A stretch of 49,334 nucleotides of DNA from an uncultured Clostridiaceae bacterium (GCA_964625175.1 CAZVAO010000002.1:1-49334), one strand, 5' to 3'; counted from the first letter of the stretch, positions 8,347-17,479 are shown. The notes: a model not told the origin generated them from the sequence alone. Numbers and translations are program-made.

Positions 8347-9618
8347 ATGAGTGACTTTCGCAAACTAGGCATAAGCGCAGCATTTATTGCTAATTTAGAT
8401 AAACAGGGGATTACGGTTCCCACACCCATTCAAGAGCAGACGATTCCTTTACTGCTCAAGGGTAAAGATGTCATTGCGGAGGCAGAAACGGGGACAGGGA
8501 AAACCCTGGCATTCCTATTGCCCCTATTTGACAGAGTCAGTCTCAATACCGAGCATGTCCAAGCGCTAATTGTAACACCTACACGAGAACTCGCTATCCA
8601 AATTACAGCAGAGGCCGAAAAATTAGCTCAAACCAAACCGCTTAATATTCTCGCGGTTTATGGTGGCAAAAACATCGAGACGCAACTGCATAAATTGCGC
8701 AATCAAGTGCATCTAATTGTAGCCACACCAGGGCGATTGATGGATCATATGCAGAAGGGCACGATTAATCTGAGTAATCTGAGAATTCTGGTGCTTGATG
8801 AAGCAGACCAAATGCTCCACATGGGCTTCTTAGGCGATATGGAAGCGATTATGGCGCAAGCCCCCAAACATCGCCAGACCCTCTGTTTCTCTGCAACCAT
8901 CGGACAAAAGATCAAGAGTTTAGCTAAAACATACATGCGTAAGCCCCAATACATTTCTGTTAAAAAGGATCAAGTGCCTTTGGCGAATATTCAACAACTA
9001 GCAATCGAGACAACAGATGAAACAAAATTTGATGACTTTAAGCAAGTCATCGATAGCCATAATCCATACATGGCCATCGTGTTCTGCCGCACCAAGAAAC
9101 GAACCATCGCATTAGATGAGAAGCTCCATGAAATGGGTTACAATTGTGAGGCATTACACGGTGATTTGTCTCAAGTTCAACGCGAACGCATCATGACAAA
9201 GTTCCGCGATGCTGAAATCCAATATCTGATTGCAACCGATTTGGCTGCACGAGGGCTAGACATCGACGGGGTCACTCACGTTTACAGTTATGATATTGCG
9301 GAAGATACGAAGTGGTATATCCACCGCATCGGGCGCACTGGACGTGCTGGTAAAAACGGTTATGCTTGCACCTTCGTCACCCCGAAGGACAGCATTAATC
9401 TGCGTAATATTGAAAAAGGGATTGCTTTTGACATACCGATTCGCAAAATCGCCATTAGCGGGGTTCCGGAAACGAATTCATTACGGGTAATCAAAGAGAA
9501 ATCGGAACCAAAGAAGAAACCAGCCTCCAAGCGACCCTATAAAGCGAAGCCTAAAAAGAGCAAAGTTCGCCGTAGCAAAAACAAGACAGGTGGCTCCAAG
9601 GGGCGCCGACGCAAATAA
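8347..9618 (+). CDS. DEAD-box ATP-dependent RNA helicase with a lysine/arginine-rich C-terminal tail
   Basis: 423 aa. Q-motif region, AETGTGKT, PTRELA, DEAD, SAT, HRIGRTGRAG. The tail is KKKPASKRPYKAKPKKSKVRRSKNK...GRRRK. Confidence 0.92.
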   Translation: MSDFRKLGISAAFIANLDKQGITVPTPIQEQTIPLLLKGKDVIAEAETGTGKTLAFLLPLFDRVSLNTEHVQALIVTPTRELAIQITAEAEKLAQTKPLNILAVYGGKNIETQLHKLRNQVHLIVATPGRLMDHMQKGTINLSNLRILVLDEADQMLHMGFLGDMEAIMAQAPKHRQTLCFSATIGQKIKSLAKTYMRKPQYISVKKDQVPLANIQQLAIETTDETKFDDFKQVIDSHNPYMAIVFCRTKKRTIALDEKLHEMGYNCEALHGDLSQVQRERIMTKFRDAEIQYLIATDLAARGLDIDGVTHVYSYDIAEDTKWYIHRIGRTGRAGKNGYACTFVTPKDSINLRNIEKGIAFDIPIRKIAISGVPETNSLRVIKEKSEPKKKPASKRPYKAKPKKSKVRRSKNKTGGSKGRRRK

Positions 9619-9629
9619 TCATTATATTA

Positions 9630-9663
9630 AAACCTCCTACATGTGCATGTAAGAGGTTTTTTA
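9630..9663 (+). terminator. intrinsic terminator after the helicase gene
   Basis: AACCTCCTACAT, loop gtgc, ATGTAAGAGGTT, followed by TTTTTT. Confidence 0.75.
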
Positions 9664-10125
9664 GTGCGGCAATTTACTTAATTGAATGAGGACAAAGAGG
9701 GCTGAGAGTGGCTATCGCATTACGTTTAAGAAAATTAGTTCAATAATCGCCATGCGATTTTGGAACATGGTTGAATATCCGCTTCGCGGCTGTTTAATGC
9801 ACTTGACCTGCACGCAGTCTTAAGGAGCGCTTACGCGACGAGTTCTGCTACAGGGCAAGCTCGGGAAATCTCAACTCAAACTTTAGCCTGTTAAAAAAGC
9901 TACCGATGAGGAGCCACGAAACGCTTTCTAAAGAGTCCTAGCCGGCCATCATCACAATCATGGTAGATAAAACTAAATATAGCTGGCTTATTACACAAGA
10001 TTCTCACGTCGCTTTGCTCCTCAGAATGACAGTTTAGTAGGTTTGGAAATATTGGCAAGCAATACTCCTTGTTATAAAGCTAGTGAATCTACGAAGATTT
10101 TTCTTGGATGATTTCTTCCTTGCCC

Positions 10126-10184
10126 CGAACCGCTAAACACTAACTGCTAACCACTGTTGAACCACAAAGGGCACAAAGAGAAAG
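10126..10184. repeat. CTAAC-rich low-complexity block followed by a CACAAAG triplet module
   Basis: cgaaccgctaaacactaactgctaaccactgttgaacc, then ccacaaagggcacaaagagaaag. Related blocks occur at 10284-10332, 19473-19510 and 39494-39525. Confidence 0.6.
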
Positions 10185-10245
10185 ACGGTATTGCTCTGTG
10201 TCGTTTGCTAGGTTGCATGAATGAGTGCTGATGCCAAGTTTAGTA

Positions 10246-10279
10246 CAAAAGGCTCCTCGTAAATATTAAGGAGGCTTGT
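10246..10279 (-). terminator. possible terminator hairpin downstream of sbcC
   Basis: On the minus strand: AAGCCTCCT, 11-nt loop, AGGAGCCTT, followed by TTTGT. One mismatch and a short T-run. Confidence 0.35.
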
Positions 10280-10283
10280 TTAC

Positions 10284-10332
10284 CCTAACCAAAACAGCTA
10301 AACACTAACAACTAAATCCTAAACCTAAAACC
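10284..10332. repeat. CTAA(A)C-rich low-complexity tract abutting the sbcC stop codon
   Basis: ctaaccaaaacagctaaacactaacaactaaatcctaaacctaaaaccc holds six CTAA(A)(A)C words in 49 nt. Confidence 0.6.
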
Positions 10333-13300
10333 CTACAAAGTACGCATCGTGATGGTACTCCCCGTCGTTGCAGCATTCACCTCAATTTGCGCACTGATAC
10401 GCTCCTTTAGTTCTGCCACATGGGAAATAACCCCCACCAAACGACCACTTGCCTGTAATTCCAGCAAACAATTAATAGCTCCATCCAGCGATTCCGCATC
10501 CAGTGTTCCGAAACCTTCATCGATAAACATGGTCTCGAGCCGAACGCCGCCAGAGCGAGCCTGCACCACATCTGCCAAACCTAGTGCCAGAGCTAGGGCT
10601 GCTTTAAAACTCTCTCCACCCGACAGCGTATTAACAGGGCGTGTGGTGCCCGTATAAGCATCATGCACGGAAAGTTCCAACCCCCCACTCTTACGCTTAT
10701 CATCCACACCAAGATCCCTCTGAAGGCGGTAACGCTGGTTGGTCATTTGACGGAGGCGTTGGTTCCCTTTTAGTAAAATCTCATCCAAGTACACAGCCAG
10801 CACATAGCGTTCTAGCGAAATATTATATTGATTGGCCCCACTTGCAACCTTCGATAATTGGGAGAATACCTGATACTCTGCCTCTTGGACGCCAATTTTC
10901 TGCGAGATTTTTTCAATATCTGCCACTAATCCCTTATTGCGCTTGATGCGACGGTCATAGTCATTGAAGGCCTGCTGCAAATCATCCAACTTTTGTTGCT
11001 GAGCGGAGATCTGCCCAGTGAACACAGTTAGATCTGTATACTGAAAATCTGCAATATCTGCCTTAAGGGTCTGCAATTCACGATTTAATAAACTCCAGCT
11101 ATCCTCGAATTCTCTAATTTTCGTTTGCAGTTCCACTATTTTTATTGCGCTGCGCTGTGCTAATGTGAAAGCAGCGCGATCAGAAAACCCCTTCGCTAAC
11201 AGCTGTTCGCTAAATTTTTCGTTTAGCAGATTCTCTTGCTCCTGTAATTTAGCACGTTGTTTATGGAGCTCCCTAACTTCCGTTTGGATCGCGATTAATT
11301 CTTTTTGGAATTCCACGAGCTGCTTTTGTTTCTGTTGTAAATCATCATTAAGCATTCGACGCTCATCAGAAAGAGACTTAATGCGTTCTTCAAGCTGCTC
11401 GATGGTTCTCAGATCATCTGTTAACTTGCCCTCTAAATCCACAATTTGGGCTTGATGATTCGCAACTTCTGTTGATTTTCCCTTGAGCTCTACTTCCGCG
11501 GTTTGTTTTTTTGCAGTTGCTTGAGCCAATCCATCCGTTACGGTGACTAAATCTGCTTTTAAGGCCACTAGTCGTTCAATATCTATAGCAACTTGGGTGC
11601 GTTGTTTCTCAAGCTCAATAAACCCCGCTTGAAAACACTGCTTTGTATTCAGAAACAAGACCATCATGGATGCAATGCTATCATACGAGAAATTGATTCC
11701 TAAATTCTCCCGATGCCGCTCCCACAAACTTAATTGATGTTTTTGATTCTCCATAAGAAGTTGCACTTTGTATTTGCAATCTTGTTCTGTTGCTTGCGCC
11801 TCTTGGTATTGCTGTTTACTCGTTTCGATTTGCTGTTCTGTAATGTCTTCACCACTGGCCTGCGCCGGATTCACATGATGAAGGGAACCGCAAACTGGAC
11901 AAGGCTGCCCCTCGACCAGGCCTTCGGCTAAATGTACCGCTTGACCCTGGTAAAAACGCCGTACAAGGTCATCATGATTCCGAATGCACAAGGCCGCCTT
12001 TTCTTGAGCAACAGCGAAATTGCTATGAGCTACTGTTATTTCATCTTCAAGCGCAATCAAGGCTTTGAGAACACCCTCTGCAGAAGCATACTCTGCTAAA
12101 CGTGATTTCTGTTCAAAAAAAGTCTGCTCTAATTGGGCTGCTCTGATTCTCGGATCGTTGAGCTGCTCGATTTGTGCCGCAATCTCTTTCTGTTGCGCTG
12201 TAAATTCGCCAATACACTCTATTTGCCTGGCTAGATTCTGATCTAGGGTATCTTTTAATGCCAGTGCATTTTTTAGCTCCCATTTATGCTTTTGTAAGCT
12301 AGTAACAAGATGGCGATAGCCCTCTAACGCTTGGATCTCTTGCTGTAAACCATCTATGCGAGGCTGTTGTGCAAGGGCCTCTTCGAAAGCCTTTTTCGCT
12401 CGCGCAACATTTGCAGTCATTATTTCATCTAAACAACGCTTAGCGTCTATTGTCTGGTTGACCTCTGTCAGATCTTTGGTGTTTTGCTCGATATTCTCCA
12501 AAAGGGGCTGTATCAATTGGGCTTGCTGAGCGTATGCAAGTTCTGAACGCCACCCGACCACCTGAGGCTCTTCTTTGGCCATTAAATCAATTTTTAGCTG
12601 AACATTCTTTTGCCGCTCAATTCTATCATTCATTTGTTTCGCTTGCTGTTGTTGGGCAAAAATACTCTTTAAATGCTCTTGTTCTGTCACTAATTGTCGT
12701 GAAACCTGCTTCAAATCCGCTAAGTCTTCTGCGATTTGGACCCTTGCTCTATTTAGAATTTGAGTGGGAGAGCTCACCTCATCCGATGATTGCTCTAACC
12801 ACAACAACTGCTTGATTAATACATCGCGTTCAGTCATATCCCGGTCTAAAATGGATTTCAAATCTCGGGCTTTGAGTTTTAAATTGTTCTCTATCTCCTT
12901 AAAGAAGATTGTATTGAGTAGCATCCCTAACACGCGCGCCCGCTCTTCGCTCTTGGCTAACAGTAACCGCTTAAAATCCCCTTGAGGGAGCATGATGATC
13001 TGCTTGAATTGTTGAGAATCAACCCCCAATAGTTGTCTGATCGACTCATTTACAGCCGTAACACCGCTTGCCATAACCTCTTGGTCATCTTTATATAAAA
13101 CAGCCTGGGGCTTGTGAACCACCATTTTATCGCTATATTTGGCGGGTCTCAGTTGATTTGGTGTCCGTTCAACTGTATATATTTGACCACTATAATCAAA
13201 TTTTAGGATCACCTGCGTCAACAAATCTGCCGCCGCGAAGTGACTGCGCACGTTCATAATATCACGGTACTCACCACTGTTTTCGCCGAATAATGCATAG

Positions 13301-13446
13301 GAAATCGCATCAAAAATAGTTGTTTTCCCTGATCCGGTTGGGCCACTAATCAGGAATAGTTGATGGCGATACAGCTCCGAGAAATCGATTGTCTCCGTTT
13401 GTGCGAAAGGCCCAAACGCTTGCATCGTTAATTCAAGTGGACGCAT
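10333..13446 (-). CDS. sbcC: SbcC (Rad50-like) DNA exonuclease ATPase subunit
   Basis: 1037 aa. N-terminal Walker A GPTGSGKTT, long coiled coil with a central zinc hook CPVCG, C-terminal LSGGESF signature and Walker B MFIDEGFG. Start overlaps the sbcD stop. Confidence 0.93.
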   Translation of the reverse strand: MRPLELTMQAFGPFAQTETIDFSELYRHQLFLISGPTGSGKTTIFDAISYALFGENSGEYRDIMNVRSHFAAADLLTQVILKFDYSGQIYTVERTPNQLRPAKYSDKMVVHKPQAVLYKDDQEVMASGVTAVNESIRQLLGVDSQQFKQIIMLPQGDFKRLLLAKSEERARVLGMLLNTIFFKEIENNLKLKARDLKSILDRDMTERDVLIKQLLWLEQSSDEVSSPTQILNRARVQIAEDLADLKQVSRQLVTEQEHLKSIFAQQQQAKQMNDRIERQKNVQLKIDLMAKEEPQVVGWRSELAYAQQAQLIQPLLENIEQNTKDLTEVNQTIDAKRCLDEIMTANVARAKKAFEEALAQQPRIDGLQQEIQALEGYRHLVTSLQKHKWELKNALALKDTLDQNLARQIECIGEFTAQQKEIAAQIEQLNDPRIRAAQLEQTFFEQKSRLAEYASAEGVLKALIALEDEITVAHSNFAVAQEKAALCIRNHDDLVRRFYQGQAVHLAEGLVEGQPCPVCGSLHHVNPAQASGEDITEQQIETSKQQYQEAQATEQDCKYKVQLLMENQKHQLSLWERHRENLGINFSYDSIASMMVLFLNTKQCFQAGFIELEKQRTQVAIDIERLVALKADLVTVTDGLAQATAKKQTAEVELKGKSTEVANHQAQIVDLEGKLTDDLRTIEQLEERIKSLSDERRMLNDDLQQKQKQLVEFQKELIAIQTEVRELHKQRAKLQEQENLLNEKFSEQLLAKGFSDRAAFTLAQRSAIKIVELQTKIREFEDSWSLLNRELQTLKADIADFQYTDLTVFTGQISAQQQKLDDLQQAFNDYDRRIKRNKGLVADIEKISQKIGVQEAEYQVFSQLSKVASGANQYNISLERYVLAVYLDEILLKGNQRLRQMTNQRYRLQRDLGVDDKRKSGGLELSVHDAYTGTTRPVNTLSGGESFKAALALALGLADVVQARSGGVRLETMFIDEGFGTLDAESLDGAINCLLELQASGRLVGVISHVAELKERISAQIEVNAATTGSTITMRTL

Positions 13447-14600
13447 TATTTCTCCCGCCTTTCCCGCATTAGACCTTCTAGAATTGTGCGTACACCTTCT
13501 AGTTTGACCTTATCAAAACAATCTCCACTGACATTTTCGTAAAACTCCTTAAACAATTCCAAGGGTTGTTTTTCCAGAGAATCCACGTTAGCACTGCTCT
13601 GGTCTTGGCCAGCTTCGCGTTCGCGTTCGATTTGTTCAATGTGGAGAATGTTCGGGTAAACCGCACGCAACCTGCTCATCGCATCAATAATCTCACCCTT
13701 ATCCGTAAGCTTAACGGCTATGTAATCCTCACTAAGCACCTGCTCAGCGGTTAATAGGTTAGCGATGCTATCGGTCACAATCCTCATATCATGCTGTACA
13801 CTCAATTCAAATGAACGTAGCTCGGCAAGACCGTTCGCGTCTAAGTCAAGAATCGTAACAGATTTGTGTTGATAGGCTTCCGAAAACGAGTATTTCAAGA
13901 GAGAGCCGGCATAGCGAATTTTAGCGGTGACATTCTGAGGCTGGTGGAGGTGCCCGAGGGCCACATAATCAAAATCGGCAAAGTATTCTGCCTGCACCGC
14001 CTCACTCCCCCCTACCGACAGCATTCTTTCTGAATCACTACGCGCTAACACACTGCTGCCGACCACAAACCCATGTGCCAGGCAAATATGGCGCTGACCA
14101 GCGATTAACTGTGGCTTGATACGCTCTAGCACTGCTTTTGTCGCTGAATCATGATCCACAACACGCTGATCATCCAGTATCATTCGAATTAGTACCGGAT
14201 CAAGGTAGGGTAAAGGATAGAAATGAACGGGCCCGAAAGCATCTTCAAGCACAATCGGTTCAAATGGAAATTGCAAGTCACCACAGATGAATAGACCTTG
14301 ATTGCGGAGGATTTGATTCCCAAAGGCTAAACGTTCTGGATTATCATGATTACCGGCTATGATGATAATTTTGCAATGATACTCTAGGAGTATGCGACTA
14401 AGTACACTGTTCAATAAATTAATTGCCTCAACTGGAGGGATTGCTCGGTCATAGATATCTCCGCTGATGAGCAGAACATCGGGTTTTTCCTCTGCAATTA
14501 GTTCAATTAGGCGATCTAAGGCAAAGACCTGATCCTCCGTCATATGTAAGCCATGTACCAGTTTCCCTAAGTGCCAATCACCAGTATGTATGATGCGCAT
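13446..14600 (-). CDS. sbcD: SbcD (Mre11-like) nuclease subunit
   Basis: 384 aa with calcineurin-like phosphoesterase motifs: HTGDWHLG, SGDIYD, GNHD, and GH..H. Overlap indicates translational coupling to sbcC. Confidence 0.93.
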   Translation of the reverse strand: MRIIHTGDWHLGKLVHGLHMTEDQVFALDRLIELIAEEKPDVLLISGDIYDRAIPPVEAINLLNSVLSRILLEYHCKIIIIAGNHDNPERLAFGNQILRNQGLFICGDLQFPFEPIVLEDAFGPVHFYPLPYLDPVLIRMILDDQRVVDHDSATKAVLERIKPQLIAGQRHICLAHGFVVGSSVLARSDSERMLSVGGSEAVQAEYFADFDYVALGHLHQPQNVTAKIRYAGSLLKYSFSEAYQHKSVTILDLDANGLAELRSFELSVQHDMRIVTDSIANLLTAEQVLSEDYIAVKLTDKGEIIDAMSRLRAVYPNILHIEQIEREREAGQDQSSANVDSLEKQPLELFKEFYENVSGDCFDKVKLEGVRTILEGLMRERREK

Positions 14601-14881
14601 ACTTTCACCTCTATCTCAATTTTTTCCATAATCTTCTTGTTTGATACGTTTTAAATTCGTAATCCATTATGATCTTCCTGCTTAAATGGCAAAGTTCCTA
14701 CAAATCATCACTAGATTACACGAACCAATGATTCACTTTATATAATAAAAACACAGTAGCTGATTCGCATGAACACGTAAACTATGCTTAATTATACAAT
14801 TGTTTGCTCTAATGAGCCACCAATTTGCTATTCAACCCCCTTAAATGCAGTGCATAGTCGATTGTATATGCATTAATATGT

Positions 14882-14903
14882 AATTGTATCCATTTATACA
14901 ATT
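14882..14903. promoter_or_regulatory. 22-bp palindromic candidate operator upstream of arcA
   Basis: AATTGTAT-ccattt-ATACAATT, a perfect 8-bp inverted repeat with a 6-bp spacer, about 85 nt upstream of the arcA ATG. Further TTGTAT/ATACAA half-sites lie near 14793, 14861 and 14933. Confidence 0.5.
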
Positions 14904-14985
14904 AAATTGTTAGCAAACCTTGTGGATGATATAATTGTATTGATGAAAACTTACAAATTACAGATTATTATTAAGGAGCTCACTT

Positions 14986-16218
14986 ATGACCTCACATATT
15001 AATGTCACATCAGAAATTGGCAAATTAGAGGCCGTCCTATTGCATCGCCCGGGTTTAGAATTAGAGCGCCTCACCCCAGCCAATCTCACAATCTCTCTCT
15101 TTGATGATATTCCCTGGGTACAACAAATGAAGGTAGAGCATGATGCGTTTGCAGATGTCTTGCGGGAACATGGCTCCGAAGTCATTTATGTTTTGGATTT
15201 GCTCCAAGATATTTTGCTTAATGAGACTGTCAAACGACAACTTCTTGACGATGTCCTAGCAAATTCGAGTATTCACAGCCCTTATCTAGAGGCCTTACTA
15301 CACGAATTCTTAAGAGATCAAACACCCCAAAAGTTAAGTGAATATTTGATCGCCGGTCTTCACAAATCTGAGATAAACCATATTAAACGCAAATTTACGC
15401 TTTCTGATTATGTTAAATCAGCAGAACCCTATCTTCTTAACCCTTTGCCAAATCTCTATTTTATGCGTGACCCAGCCGTTGTCATAGGAAAAACAATTAG
15501 TATTAGCACTATGTTTTCTCAGGCACGTTTTCGTGAAAGCATCTTAATGCAACATATTTATCAAACGCATCCGCTTTTTACTCATAAAGAACTGCCAAAT
15601 GTGCACCATTTCCGGAATGATTGCAGCATTGAAGGTGGCGATATCTTAATTTTGAGCCCTTCAGTTATCGCAGTTGGCTGCAGTCAGCGCACATCACCCG
15701 CTGCAATAGAGGATTTAGCACGCAAGTCGTTTGTCGTAAATTCGGATTTACAAGAAGTATTGGTTGTGGATATTCCGAATGCCCGATCCTTTATGCATCT
15801 CGACACGGTCTTCACAATGATTGATTATGATAAGTTTACAGTCTACCCCGGCATAGAACCCCTGATTCATCTTTATAGTATTACACGCGGTCCTAATCAA
15901 ACACTTAATTGCAGATCTCTCACGGATTCATTGCGGGTCAGCCTTGAAAAATCACTGGGAATTGATCACATCACATTTATTAGGAGCGGTGGCGGCAACC
16001 CGATTACAGCTGCTCGCGAACAATGGAATGATAGTACTAACACTTTGGCCATAGCACCGGGTGTCGTGGTGACCTATCAACGCAACCAAGCTTCTAACCA
16101 TGTTTTACAGCAAAATGGCCTTAAGGTCATCGCTATTGCAGACTCCGAATTAATCCGCGGTCGTGGCGGCCCGCGTTGCATGTCAATGCCACTGCGACGT
16201 GCAAATATCAATTTGTAA
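14986..16218 (+). CDS. arcA: arginine deiminase
   Basis: 410 aa. The N-terminus INVTSEIGKLEAVLLHRPG is characteristic. C-terminal catalytic-Cys region GGPRCMSMPL. AAGGAG RBS. Confidence 0.93.
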   Translation: MTSHINVTSEIGKLEAVLLHRPGLELERLTPANLTISLFDDIPWVQQMKVEHDAFADVLREHGSEVIYVLDLLQDILLNETVKRQLLDDVLANSSIHSPYLEALLHEFLRDQTPQKLSEYLIAGLHKSEINHIKRKFTLSDYVKSAEPYLLNPLPNLYFMRDPAVVIGKTISISTMFSQARFRESILMQHIYQTHPLFTHKELPNVHHFRNDCSIEGGDILILSPSVIAVGCSQRTSPAAIEDLARKSFVVNSDLQEVLVVDIPNARSFMHLDTVFTMIDYDKFTVYPGIEPLIHLYSITRGPNQTLNCRSLTDSLRVSLEKSLGIDHITFIRSGGGNPITAAREQWNDSTNTLAIAPGVVVTYQRNQASNHVLQQNGLKVIAIADSELIRGRGGPRCMSMPLRRANINL

Positions 16219-16238
16219 ATTCTACACAAATCACTAAG

Positions 16239-16270
16239 AGCAGATCGGCGTATATAGATCTGCTTTTTTG
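16239..16270 (+). terminator. intrinsic terminator after arcA
   Basis: AGCAGATC, 10-nt loop, GATCTGCT, followed by TTTTTT. Confidence 0.75.
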
Positions 16271-16293
16271 TATGTGCTTTACACCTGTGATGC

Positions 16294-16359
16294 TGAAACA
16301 TCGGGGACGGTTATTGCTGTTTCGAAAGTGAAACAAAAAGAACCGTCCCCGGTGTTTCA
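16294..16359. repeat. 66-bp palindromic dispersed element, copy 1
   Basis: Arms TGAAACATCGGGGACGGTT and AACCGTCCCCGGTGTTTCA, a 19-bp inverted repeat with 1 mismatch, around a 28-nt loop containing CTGTTTC. A near-identical element lies at 36455-36520. Confidence 0.85.
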
Positions 16360-16490
16360 ATTAGGAGACATATGATCACAAAGAGCCCCAAAGATGCAAA
16401 GAATAACGCTTCCTTACAATCCTTAAAGCTCCTTATTATTATGGTCAGTTACTATAAGTACTGTTGCCTATGTTCGCCCCACTTGATCCA

Positions 16491-17312
16491 CTATAATTTT
16501 GTGCCGTAGAAAGCGCTGTGGGCGGCTAGACGGCCAAATGCTGACCAATTCTCGCCTTCTAACATCACAATAGCTTTTAATAACTCTTCTGCCTTCTCTT
16601 CTTGTCCAGTGAAAAGGTAATGCTTATAAATCCCATAGCCTTTAGTAGATAGCTCTAAATCAGCGAAGCGATAATCCTCTGCAATTTTTAATACTTCTTC
16701 CGGAGATTTCTCTCCCTTATACACTAAAATCATATCTTGATACACGAAATTTTCACCAAATTCCATGTCAGCTGTAACACCTTGCAAGATTTCCTGTGCT
16801 TCTTCTTCACGCCCAAGATTCATTAAATTCAAGTAGCGCCAATTGACGATCGCAGCATATGAGTCATTCTCCGGCTCAGTCATTTCATAACAGGCACGAT
16901 AGGCCGTTTCAGCACGTTGGTAATCTCCAATTAGCAAATAGGCCAACCCGAGATGGTACCAGATCGCCCAGTTAGTAGGGTCAAGTCGTGAAGCTAATTC
17001 TAAATCGGCAACACCTTGTCGAAAGTGGTAAATACTCAGGTAGCGATGACCTCGATGGCGATAATATAAGCCCTCAAATGGATTCAAGGAAATAGCCATC
17101 GAAAAGGCATCAATCGCTTCACGATAGAGTTTCTGTTTAGAAAGTGCAAGTCCTTTGTTCATCCAAAGGTTCCCGTTGTTTGGATCCTTTTCGATCAATT
17201 CACTAATCTTTTGTACCTCTGGAGAAAACTCTAATGGAGAGCGGTAATCAAACACTTGATCTTCACGTGCAGCAGTAACTTTTGTAACAGTCAAACTTAG
17301 TTTATTTGGCAT
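16491..17312 (-). CDS. tetratricopeptide-repeat (TPR) protein
   Basis: ORF 16491..17360. An AGAGAGG RBS favours the internal ATG (MPNKLSL). Repeated TPR signatures present (W.N.G.A....Y.EAI.AF..A..L.P). Confidence 0.7.
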   Translation of the reverse strand: MPNKLSLTVTKVTAAREDQVFDYRSPLEFSPEVQKISELIEKDPNNGNLWMNKGLALSKQKLYREAIDAFSMAISLNPFEGLYYRHRGHRYLSIYHFRQGVADLELASRLDPTNWAIWYHLGLAYLLIGDYQRAETAYRACYEMTEPENDSYAAIVNWRYLNLMNLGREEEAQEILQGVTADMEFGENFVYQDMILVYKGEKSPEEVLKIAEDYRFADLELSTKGYGIYKHYLFTGQEEKAEELLKAIVMLEGENWSAFGRLAAHSAFYGTKL

Positions 17313-17479
17313 CAAGAACACCTCTCTTTCATTTTTAAATGCAATTATTCTGATCCACAACAGGATTCAGATTAATCGACTCTTCAAATTATTCCAATAA
17401 CATGGATCTCTATAACTTAGTGGGCGCACCTATCTTCTATAATAATGATTTACGCAAAGATGAAACAAACCCTCTTTAA

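Noticed and set aside
10333-14600. The SbcC/SbcD pair as a possible novel SMC-like defence system (Lamassu/Wadjet/Gabija-like)
   Set aside because: The sizes (1037 and 384 aa), the motif set (Walker A/B, CPVCG zinc hook, Mre11 phosphoesterase motifs), the start/stop overlap, and the absence of any extra effector or partner genes all match the canonical housekeeping sbcDC operon.
16372-16506. A 44-codon ORF (MITKSPKDAKNN...YYKYCCLCSPH...) with AGGAGA 4 nt upstream of its ATG
   Set aside because: The RBS spacing is too short. The sequence is built from the CAAAG/TCCTTA repeat modules. It runs into the 3' end of the convergent TPR gene. It is most likely a chance ORF, and only ribosome profiling could rescue it.
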